From the NCBI RefSeq assembly GCF_009914755.1, contig NC_060933.1: a stretch of DNA of 64,000 nt, one strand, 5' to 3'. Position 1 is the stretch's first letter. Every line of letters begins with the position of its first letter. The stretch is from the human T2T-CHM13v2.0 reference genome, Homo sapiens. Both the position numbers and the translations under genes were made by a program. This document shows, in pieces, positions 43,060-64,000 of this stretch. The notes below the pieces were generated by a model, which saw only the letters and a list, made by a program, of their open reading frames with translations, ran no database searches and had not been told where the DNA came from.

Positions 43060-44075
43060 ATAAGTAAAACACAGAATTGCCATACGGTCCAGCCATTCTA
43101 ATCCTGGGTTTAAGGCCAAAAACACAGAAACAGATGTTCAAACAAAAATTTGTGCACAAATGTTCACAGCAGCACTGTTCACAGCAGCCAAAAAGTGAAA
43201 ACAACTCAAATATTCATCAACAGATGAGTGGAGAAACATCATGTGGTCAATCCACACAATGAAATATTACTCGGCCATTAAAAGGAATGAAGTACTCGTA
43301 CATACTACAACATGGGTGAATCTTGAGAACATCATGCTAAGCAAAAGAAGCCAGACATGAAAGGCTACACAGTTCATATTCTATGTATGCGAAATATCCA
43401 TAGTTGGCAAATCTATAGAGACAAAAAGCAGATTAGTGGTTGGCAAGAGCTGGAATAAGGAAGAGACTGGGGAGTGACTACTTAATAGATACAGATAGAA
43501 TGTAATACAGAGTATCTTAATAGGCTAGATATAGTTTGGATATGTGTCCCCTCCAAATCTCATGTTGAAATTTGATCCCCAATGTTGGAGGTAGGGCTTA
43601 GTTGGAGGTGTTTCGGTCATGTGACCAGATCCCTCATGAATACTTGGTGACATCTCCCTGGTAATTAGTGAGTTCTCACTCTATTAGTTCCCACAAGAAC
43701 GAATTGTTTTAAAAAAGCCTGGCACCTCCCTCCTCACCTGGTTCCTTCCTCTCTTGCCAAGGGATGCCTGCTCTCCTTTGCCTACTGCCACGGTGGAAGC
43801 TTCCTGAGCCCTCACCAGAAACAGAAGCCTGCGTCACACTTTTCATACAGCCTGCAGAACCATGAGCCAAATAAACTGCTTTTCTTTATAAACTACTTAG
43901 CCTCAGTTATTTTTTTATAGCAACACAAACAAACAAAGAGGCAGAGTTTCCTTTTGGAGTGATGAAAATGTTCTAGAACTAGATAGTGATGATGGTTGCA
44001 CAACAATGTCTCTATATACTAAATGTCACTAATCATAAATTTTATGTTATGTGCACTCTGCCACAATAAAATAAA
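43060..44075 (+). mobile_element. L1MB-type 3' end interrupted by an MST-type MaLR LTR (about 43528-43935)
   Basis: L1 motifs (ggtcaatccacacaatgaaatattactcggccattaaaaggaatgaag) and MST motifs (gatatagtttggatatgtgtcccctccaaatctcatgttg...gaaccatgagccaaataaac). Confidence 0.7.
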
Positions 44076-44184
44076 TACTAAGAAGATGTAATCAAAAATA
44101 AAAAATAATTTACACTACTGAAGCTTCTTGAAAAAGAAAAGCCTCAGTTATTCTAAAAGGTTATAACCTTCCTTGGTTGTTGGA

Positions 44185-44494
<310 letters not shown>

Positions 44495-44726
44495 GGATTT
44501 TTTTTTTTTTAATAATTTCACTATGGCACCTCTCAGTGTGCCAGAATCATGAAATAGATGTTCTGAGATGCTAGAAATAATGCCACTAAATGAGACAATG
44601 TAGGTAATGACCTAGACTAGCAGTTCTTAAAGTGTGATCCATGGAACATGGGGGATTCCTGAGAGCCTTTCAGGGAGTTTGGGAGGACTTCTGTTTTCCA
44701 ACCACATCTCTCAGTGAGGCCCTTCG

Positions 44727-45771
<1,045 letters not shown>

Positions 45772-47100
45772 TAACCTACATAAACAAAACCTCTTTGGGG
45801 GTTCTTAATTTTGAGGAGTGAAAAGAAGTTCTGAGACCAAAAAGTTTGAGAGCCAGTGACTTAGAATTTAAATAATGTTAATATTGGATTATATATTAGA
45901 ATTAAAAGAATAATGAAACATTTTCCAGATTTACTTGTATCATCCCCCTCAACTAACGAGGCTAGAACTGAAAAGAAAGAGAATGAATTATGCATTCAAA
46001 GGTGCTCCTCCACTCATTCAGGGAACACCTCCTAAGCACCTTATTTGTGTAGGTCCTATACCAGTTGCTGGTGAAACTGAAAAAAAGAGAAACCTGAAGA
46101 TGTGACCAGCATGAACATTTGCTGGGACCGAAGGAACCTAACGAAGGACCAGTCTCAACTACTCCATGTCATGTGTCCCCTGCGACTGGCTGTGATATCA
46201 GATAGCTGAGGGAAGTATGGGGGGCAGTGGGAGCACCCAGTCCCCATTTCTTCTGAGGTTCTGCCTAAAAGTTCTAGGAAATAAGTTTCTTATGGGCATG
46301 ACCAACCTAATTCTAGGAAGAACTGTCTACAGGAAGAACTGTTTACAGAAGAGAACAGCAGCTAAAACGCACCAACTTAATATTCTCATTCATACCATTA
46401 GCATTAAAAAAATGGAGTTTTCCAGAAGAATTTCAGCCTACATTTTGAGAAGTTGCTAGAATTGACTTCCTGACGAGAATAGGTAACCAATACAGAAAAG
46501 CACAATGCAATGGAAACAATGTGAGTGGCATCAAGAGGCCTAGGATCTACCCCAGCCCTGCCTCATCCCATTATGTGTCCTTGAGTAGCTCCATTCCCCA
46601 CTCTGGCCTCAGCCTCCCCAGCTAGAAAATTAGGACACTATACGAAATGATTTTTAGTAGACTATGTGTATAATGAGAGAAGGTCTCTCGTTATTCATCT
46701 TTGTACCCCAAGTGGCTTGCACAGTACTGTACAACAAAAATACTTGTGAAGTGGCAAATCTAAGGTCCCTTCCACTTCAGATATTCCAGGATTTTCTATA
46801 AGAGGCCACAAGATGTGCTGAGAGGCAAAATTCAGGATAGTTTTCAAAAAGTTTGGGATGTGGTATTGTTTACAGATAGAGGGTGCAGGGCTTCTTATCT
46901 GCCAGCCTAACCTATTTTTCAACATTGTCATCAAACCAATGACAGATGCCATTCATAGATCTAGGTCACTGGAAATTGCAGATGCTATAAATGGATTAGC
47001 TCTGCTCAAAACTGATTGGTATAGTCAGAGAGCCATACTTCCCAAGTAAACCATATTCATGGGACATTCTAAGGAAAAGATAACTTTTAGAATTACTTAC

Positions 47101-47253
47101 CCCCAAACCAATAGGATCTTCTTGGTTAGCTGCCCTATTCAATAATTTGTAATGTGTATCCTTTGGAAAATAGTTCAGGCAGCCACTTCTTAATCTCTGT
47201 AATTAGTGGGAAGCCACTGAAGTTAATCTCTTCTCTGTCTAAGCATGTTTGCA
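47101..47253 (-). other. WDR31: Candidate WDR31 5'UTR exon (153 nt)
   Basis: Acceptor tctcttttcag| at 47253 and consensus donor GGG|GTAAGT at 47101 in non-repeat sequence. Confidence 0.55.
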
Positions 47254-47618
47254 CTGAAAAGAGATTTACAAGGTAAATAAAGACCTTGTTTATTAAAGAG
47301 ATGGTTAGGTGTAGTTTTCCCTCACAAAGAAAGAAATATTTTACAAAATTCCAAGATTATCTCTCTCACATTTCCACAATTCAGGAAAGTATACTATAGT
47401 GTTAATTATATATCTATTTTTAAATATGCAAAATATATTTAAATACATTGTTAAACATTTTGATTTTGCTCATAACATAGTACTTCTATTCATCAAAAAT
47501 CTTGAGTTGACTGCTTATTTCAGAGTTTACTGCTTTTGTGAAAAAGGCAATTTCTCCTGTTTTAAATAATTCTCCTAGAATTTGAGATGGGAGAGCTTTT
47601 CAAAATCACCATATATAA

Positions 47619-47750
47619 ACCATTTATTTATTTCAAGATCTGCAGAGTAAGGGTAGAAATATTATTTGCTCAAAATTATAACTAAGACCATTTATTGAAA
47701 GATCTGCAGAATAAGGATAGAAATATTATTTGCTCAAAATTATAACTAAG
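47619..47750. repeat. About 65-bp imperfect tandem duplication
   Basis: accatttatt...agatctgcaga(g/a)taagg(g/a)tagaaatattatttgctcaaaattataactaag x2. Confidence 0.9.
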
Positions 47751-48168
47751 TAAATCTCTTGACTTCTAGTCCAGAATTTCCATTATAAATGTCTACAAAG
47801 AATAAACAGCTTTATTGCATTTTAATAACTCAATTTTAAGAATTCAATTAAATTCTAAATATTGATTGACAGTGCAGCTTATTCTGAGAATTAAGGGCAG
47901 CACAGAATAGTCAGAACAACATTTCATTAAATGCATTAGTGTCTGCATTAGATAGGACTAGTTGTGAATTATAGCTCAACTGTGGCCTTGGGCAAGTTGC
48001 TGAACCTCTCTAAGTCTCACTTTCCTATGTGTAAAATAGGATAATAACTCTATCATTGACTTCTGTGAAGATTAAAAATAGCACTTAAAAGGTACCAGGA
48101 ACTGCTCTATGTTTTATATTTATTAACTCATTTTATCTATTCCACAAGCCTCTGAGATACTGTTACTA

Positions 48169-48712
<544 letters not shown>

Positions 48713-49407
48713 TATGGCCATTTTGCAGATGTGAAAAGTGAGGCACAGAGATATCAAATAGTTTGCTCAAGTTTATACTGCAAATAAGTGGCAGAGCTGA
48801 AACTTGAATCCAGGCAGTCCAACTCCAGAGGCCCTGTTCTTGACCAGCATATTATACTGCATCTCTACAAAAGCTGGTGCATATAAAGCTTTTGGTTCAA
48901 TCTGGCAAGTTGTTAACAATAAATTATGGTTACTAGCATGATTGCAAGATTAACAGTGATCATACTGGAAGCAGCATTTTCACCCTTGTTAATACTGTTC
49001 ATAATGCACAAATATTAATGCACAAATATACACAGAGAACACATACAAACGGATATATGAATCTAGAGGATATTAAAGCTGAAGCAAATTATGGCCTCTG
49101 ATCAGAGTGATTGGACCCAATAAAGCTAAGAATTCATTATGTTACATAGCAAGGCAATTAAAAAGTCTCAAGAACAAAGTATATGAATTTGGGTTATATC
49201 TACGTTGTTGTAATTTATCATGAGTAGAATAAGAAATAAAAGTACTACTAAGTTATCTTCCACTATTTTTATTAGGAACATGTAATATACTTGAGAGGAG
49301 GTATAATTTCTGGTTCATTTTTGTATCTATGATTTGACCTTAGCCTAGGAGAATGAACGCAAGGCAAATAAATACCTGTTGAATGAGTGAATGGAATACT
49401 AAGATGA

Positions 49408-52044
<2,637 letters not shown>

Positions 52045-53183
52045 TGAACCCTAGTAGGTGCCTCTGCAGTGTTGATCTGGCAAAACAGCCTTCAATGAAG
52101 ATTTGTGGAGTTTCTGAAAATTGGGTGCCTTTGAGGGGGTGGGAATGGTGAGAGAAGTTTGCCTCCACATACTGGCTATTGGGTCTGTTTTCCAGTCCAG
52201 GGAAGGGATCCCCTCCATGGCATCCCTGATGAAGTATCTGTAGCCCTAGTTGATGCTCACTCTGTAATGATGGGCTGATTACTTTCTAAGCTAGTGACCT
52301 ATTGTTGGGAGATTTCCTTCTGGCAGGAGAAAGTATCTACCCGTATGCCACTTGAAACTCTGATCTTCGCTCAGAACCAATGGCTCTCCTTACAGACTTA
52401 ATCCCTTTCCCCCACAACAGCCTGGCAAGCTACAACCAGGATAGACTCACTGCTTTGTCCTGGGACACTGGGCTAGGCTCAGTGCAGCTACAGAGGTGAG
52501 TTACTAGATCTCTGCACCCAAGATGTTCCTGCTCTGGGGATGTTTTTCCCTCTGAGAGAGAGGCTTTAGGCTTCAGGCACGAAAGACTCCCAAACTGGTA
52601 CCTGTAGCCAGGCCTCTCCCTGAGTCGGACCTGTATATCCACCTGCCACCCGCCCATCTGCAACTGGCAGTTTAAAAGACACCTCATTCTTGACATGACT
52701 CATACTGGAAACATCATCTTCCCCTCAAACCTGTTCCCCCTCTTTTCCCTGTAAGTGCTGGGCACTACCATTCACCAATCACCCAAGCCAAGGATCTAGG
52801 AGTCATTTGTAACTTTACCCTTGCTTCCTCGTTCAAGAACAATCCCCGAGACTTCTCAATTCTGCCTCCCAAACATTATAAAAATAAAAACCTTCTCTCT
52901 ACCTACCAGCTGGATTCAGGCCAACATCAGGGTGTGATAGATTAAAAACGACCACAACTTCTTTGTAGCTCTTCCCATCAAGGCTGGCTTTGTAACTTGT
53001 TTTGACCAATAGAATGCAGCAGGAGTGACATCGTGGGACTTCTGAGTTTAAGCTTCAAAAGGCCTTGCAGTTTCTGCTCCCATCCTCTTGGCACACTGCC
53101 AGCATGGGAAGAGGACCAGGCTAGTCTGTTTCAGAGACATGGCCCATCCAATAGCTAGCACCAAATGCCAGCCATGTGAGTGA

Positions 53184-53965
<782 letters not shown>

Positions 53966-54142
53966 GGCTAGCACAGAGTAGATGGCCATTGAATATTTTT
54001 GAACAAAGATTACAAGGGAAAGACAGTCATGACAGACCGTTAGGACATGATAGAATGCTATGGGTATAAGCAACATAATTTCATATCGACCTCTCCTGGC
54101 TCCTCACTTCACATCCCCTCAACTTTACACTACCAGTGCCTT

Positions 54143-54515
54143 TGTCTTAGTCCATTTTGTGCTGCTGTAACAGAATACTACAGACTGGGTAATTTATTAT
54201 GAACAGAAATGTATTTGGCTCATGGTTCTGGAGACTGGGAAGTCCAAGATCGAGAGGCTGCATCTGGTGAGAGCCTTCTTGCTGCATTATGACATGGTGG
54301 AAGACATCACATGGTGAGAATGCAGGAGTAGTGAGGGAAGGGGACAAACCTATCCTTCTATCAGGAACCCACTCCCACAATAACATCATTAATCCATGCA
54401 CGAGATCAGAGCCCTCATGATCTAATCACCTCTTAAAGGTCCCATCTCTCAACACTGTTACAAGGGGAATTCAGTTTCCAGCACATGAACTTTGGGGGAC
54501 ATGTTCAAACCACGG
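54143..54515 (-). mobile_element. MST/MLT1A-type MaLR solo LTR
   Basis: tgtcttagtccattttgtgctgctgtaacagaatac...catgaactttgggggac. Confidence 0.75.
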
Positions 54516-55125
54516 CAGCCTGTGGCTCTGCCTTATTTAAATATAATCCTAGTTTTTGGCTCTTTATGGCCTGAGTTGGTTGTTCTCTCCTGGACTTGCC
54601 CAGATTGATAACACCCCTTCTGTGACATGGGCTGGTCTGAAGAGCCCTCTGGAGAAGAGAGCTGTTCTCATCTAGTTTAGTCTGGCCTGAGCAGAGAGCA
54701 CTCTGTCATTGGGAGGCTTGGACTTCATCATAGAGGACCCATGTGATCTGAATTTGTCTGCATGGCAGGCTGCCAAATCCCTCTTAAAAGTGACAGTTAA
54801 AGCTGGCTGTACTGTGAAAACACCCCAGGAGGAAAAGAAGCCACAGTATTGGTAGTCTTATTGCTGTTCCTGGAAACCATGCAAACCCCAGTCAGATGAC
54901 TTCCAGCCCTGGCACCAGAGATATTGGATCAGTGTCTGAGAAGGAAGGAGGAATGGACACAGGCCCAGGCAGAAGGGGGCTGGGCTGGGCCAGGCCAGGG
55001 CCCCACCAGGCAGGCAGAAAAGGCTGGGCCTGACACCGAGGAGCAGGCCTGAGGGAAAGTAAAGGCTAGGGAAGAATAGTCCTTTCCAAAAGACTTTCCA
55101 AAATGTTCATTAAAATAAAAAGTTT

Positions 55126-59350
<4,225 letters not shown>

Positions 59351-60244
59351 AAGAAGAAGAATTTAGAGCTGGAGAGCAGCGTTCTCCTTGTATGCCCAGA
59401 CAGACTAGACTGGATCCCCAGCAGAGGGCTCAATCTGGGCTCAGACTAATATATAAGATCCTGAGGGTGGGAAAAGCCCTAAACAGCTCAGGAACATGTT
59501 AGCAGTTTTTCTTTCTGGGGTGGGAGTGGGTGGATTTTTCTTCCACATGCTTATTTGCATATTTTGTTTTCTTCGAAATAAAAAGGCATTACTTTTTTTC
59601 AATGCTAGTTTAAAAAGAAAACTCAAATATTCAAATTCAAAAAGTTTGGATGTAAATACTTTGGGAAAATCAGCCTAATACAGATATTTCTCACTGGGCC
59701 TCAATGTTCAATTTAAAAAATTATTAATTATAGTAACCTTAAGTCACACTGCCTAGGTTCCAATCTCATAGCTACCAATTAGTAACTGTGACCCTTGGCA
59801 AGCCACTTAACTTCCATAAAAATGGGATCCTAATAGTACTTTCCTCGCACTGTTAGTAGACACTTAGCGATTGCAGCTGCTATGTTCCAGATATTGTTTT
59901 ACGTATTTAGCGTATTTACTCCTCAGACGTCTGGGAGGCAGGTACTCTCACCCCATTTTACAGCTGGAGTTCCCACCCAGTGAGCAGCCAAACGGGATTT
60001 GAACCAGGCAGTTTCTCAGCAGAGCCTTGCTTGAAGCTAGGCATCTAAAGCTGCCTCTCAAAAAGGGCAGTGGTCGGGATTACATAACAGAACGCTTGCA
60101 AAGCTCTCAGCGAAAGCCTGGCACTTAATAAGTGCTCAATAAAGTTTCCTACGGTCACAGTAATATTTGGAGTTTTATGTTTGTTGTAGAACAAATACGC
60201 ATACAATCGCGATTTCATTCAACAAGGAATTTAAAGAGACCTGC

Positions 60245-60750
60245 TGCCCCGGGCGGGATGGGAGCGCGGGTTGGGTGGGAGGAGGCGCAGCTGCGGGGCG
60301 CGCTGGCGCACCGGGAGGGCCGGGGGCGGGGTCAGCCAGGCCCCGCCCGCCGCCACCTGCGACAGGTGGAGCGCACGGGGCGGGCGCACGGCCATGTCCG
60401 CCGAGGGCGCGGAGCCGGGGCCGGGGTCCGGGTCCGGGCCCGGGCCGGGGCCACTCTGCCCCGAACACGGCCAGGCTCTGAGCTGGTTCTGCGGCTCCGA
60501 GCGACGGCCCGTGTGCGCCGCCTGCGCGGGGTTGGGCGGTCGCTGCCGGGGGCACCGCATCCGCCGGGCGGAGGAGCGCGCCGAGGAGCTGCGGGTGAGC
60601 GGGTGTGGGCGCCGGAAGGCGAGGGCTCCGGAGACCCCGGGCGCGCCTGGCGGGACCCGGCAGGGACTGGGGAGCCTGGGGCTGGGCGGACTCGACACCC
60701 GGCCCCGGAGCCTAGGCTCCTCGGTGGCTTTGGCTGTAGGACTAGGCGGT
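60245..60750 (+). promoter_or_regulatory. BSPRY: BSPRY CpG island/promoter
   Basis: Very high GC and CpG density, GC boxes (GGGGCGGGG near 60323), paired E2-boxes 60353-60369. Confidence 0.85.
60394..60594 (+). CDS. BSPRY: BSPRY (B-box and SPRY domain protein) first coding exon
   Basis: gccATG; MSAEGAEPGPGSGSGPGPGPLCPEHGQALSWFCGSERRPVCAACAGLGGRCRGHRIRRAEERAEELR (B-box-type Cys/His pattern); donor CGG|gtgagc; 201 nt; the gene continues beyond the window. Confidence 0.93.
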
Positions 60751-62492
60751 TAAGGGTGTGGCCTCTGAAGTCAGGCTGGCCTGAGTTCGAATCTACTCCC
60801 TGTGAGTCACGTAACTCTGAGCCTCAGTGTCTTCATCTGTAGTTTGGGGACAACAACAATAATAATAGCGCGTATTTATTAGAGTTGTGAGAAATAAATA
60901 AGATAGTGGGTAAAATGCTTAGCGATAAGGGGATCCAGGCTCCCCAGGCCCCTTCCATTGCTCTGTTGAGGAAGCTGGGGCTGGCATGAAAGGCTCAGCT
61001 GCTCCAGTTCTCAGCGCAGGGTGTGCCCCAGCTCCCGCCCCTGTGGAAACTGACACTGATAAAATCCAGCGCGACCGTATCCCTTAACCCCTGGACTCAA
61101 AGCCCCCCTCCTCCTTTCGCCTCTTCCCCCTGCTCCTAACCCCTTCTGGCTTCTGGTGCGGTGATCTCTTTTTCGCTTTCAGGATTGGCCTTGACTGTAC
61201 TTCAGGCTGGTTTAAGGGCTTCAGCTGGATAAACGGTGGGGGTAGGGAGAATATCAGGGGATTCCCCTTCACCCAGGCTTTCTCGCCACCTCCACTTCCA
61301 GCTCGGCTCCAGGGTGGCCACCTCCTTGTCATCACCATTCTCCTGAGCTGCTGAGATTGGGAGAGTCGAAGTCACCTTGGGCTTCTCTGTGGCCCCTGGG
61401 GATTTCCTTGCAATTTGATTAAACAGCTTGTTTCTCCCAACCCGACTCTGCAGTTCACCCCTGCTGTGAAGCCTGAGGGCTCTGGCTGGGGACTTCGCCT
61501 ACCCAGAGTGACCTGTAATAAACACATCTTATATAGGGTGCTGGGCTCGGGAGGGGTTCAGTTTTTCAGCAACACCCAAAAGCTCCTGGTTCGTCCTACC
61601 TGTTACCTCTATCAACAATAATGATGACAAAAATAAACCTGGATAACGCGGTGTAATCAACTTGCATAATGGACAAAAAAATTTGCAAACTCCAAAGTAC
61701 TTAAATGTCTGTCATCTCATTCTGTCTTGACCACGCCTTTGAAGGGGTCCTACCTACATTTTACAGATGAGGCACTGGAGGCTCGGAACAAGGCAGTAAC
61801 TCCTCCAAGCTTCCTAATGTTCAGGGGTGGGACCCAGGGAGTCATTGACTAGGCAAGAGGAAACTGCTGCTTTGCTTCGGCGGTTGGAGGGAGGAAGTGA
61901 TGCTAATGGGGGTGAGAATGTCATGGAAACCTTAAAAGTAGCTATCAGGACTGGATTTGAGTGGTGGAAAGAGTGAAGCCTCGGGCAGGTGGCAGGCCTG
62001 GTGCTAGTTTCGGTACTACCCTAGGGAACCTTCTTTGAACCCCTCTGAGGCCGTATGCATATTTATCTCCTTTGCCTGAAGGGAGGTGGGTCTTACCCTC
62101 TCTTCCACCAAATTAGAGTAGATTTCTGTCTTTTGCACATTCCTTCCTCTATCCATCCAGTCAGCAAATAAATCTCACCCTAGGGCAAGATTATTACCAA
62201 AACCAGCACCAGTTCTACTGCTCTCCTACCTCTGGATTCCTGCCCTGTGGTTTTTCAGAAGCCTTCTCAGTGCTCTTAGTCCATGGTGCATGGTGATCAC
62301 AGCTTCCTCCTAGTCAACTCAATTCTGTAACTTTGTATTTGGACCTATGAAATGTAACTAATTTCTACTTCTGGGTGGAAAGATTTACAAGGGCTTCCTG
62401 GAAGAGGTAGCTAAGTTGCCTTTTGGCAGATGGAACTGAGGCAGAACTCTTAGGGGGAACAGTGGAGGGACTGCTGCTTGGATAGGCTCTAG

Positions 62493-64000
<1,508 letters not shown>

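Noticed and set aside
60132-60842. 236-aa and other ORFs over the BSPRY CpG island
   Set aside because: Stop-poor GC-rich sequence; only the 60394-60594 frame matches a B-box protein and a donor site

Overview
Primate genomic DNA, almost certainly human: it is Alu-dense and carries an AluYb-lineage element. The gene order matches my recollection of chr9q32. I traced four protein-coding genes by manual splice-site and translation analysis. (1) The last four coding exons and 3'UTR of PRPF4 (+). (2) RNF183 (-), whose 192-aa CDS sits in one exon, with candidate upstream non-coding exons. (3) The complete WDR31 gene (-): nine coding exons add up to 1104 nt (367 aa), plus candidate 5'UTR exons and an approximately 3.5-kb Alu-rich 3'UTR. 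(4) The CpG-island promoter and first coding exon of BSPRY (+). The rest is interspersed repeat (about 50 Alus, L1/L2/MIR relics, MaLR LTRs, Tigger/hAT MITEs) and simple repeats. Most ORF-track entries are Alu-derived, low-complexity or antisense artefacts. I found no convincing new multi-gene system. The best leads are a strong-Kozak internal WDR31 start giving an N-myristoylation motif (MGKQQSK), tail-to-tail inverted Alus in the WDR31 3'UTR, a young AluYb8-type insertion, palindromic RFX-like and ZEB/E2-box promoter elements, and an 18-bp repeat in a candidate RNF183 5' exon. Repeat boundaries are approximate and subfamily names are from memory of consensus sequences.
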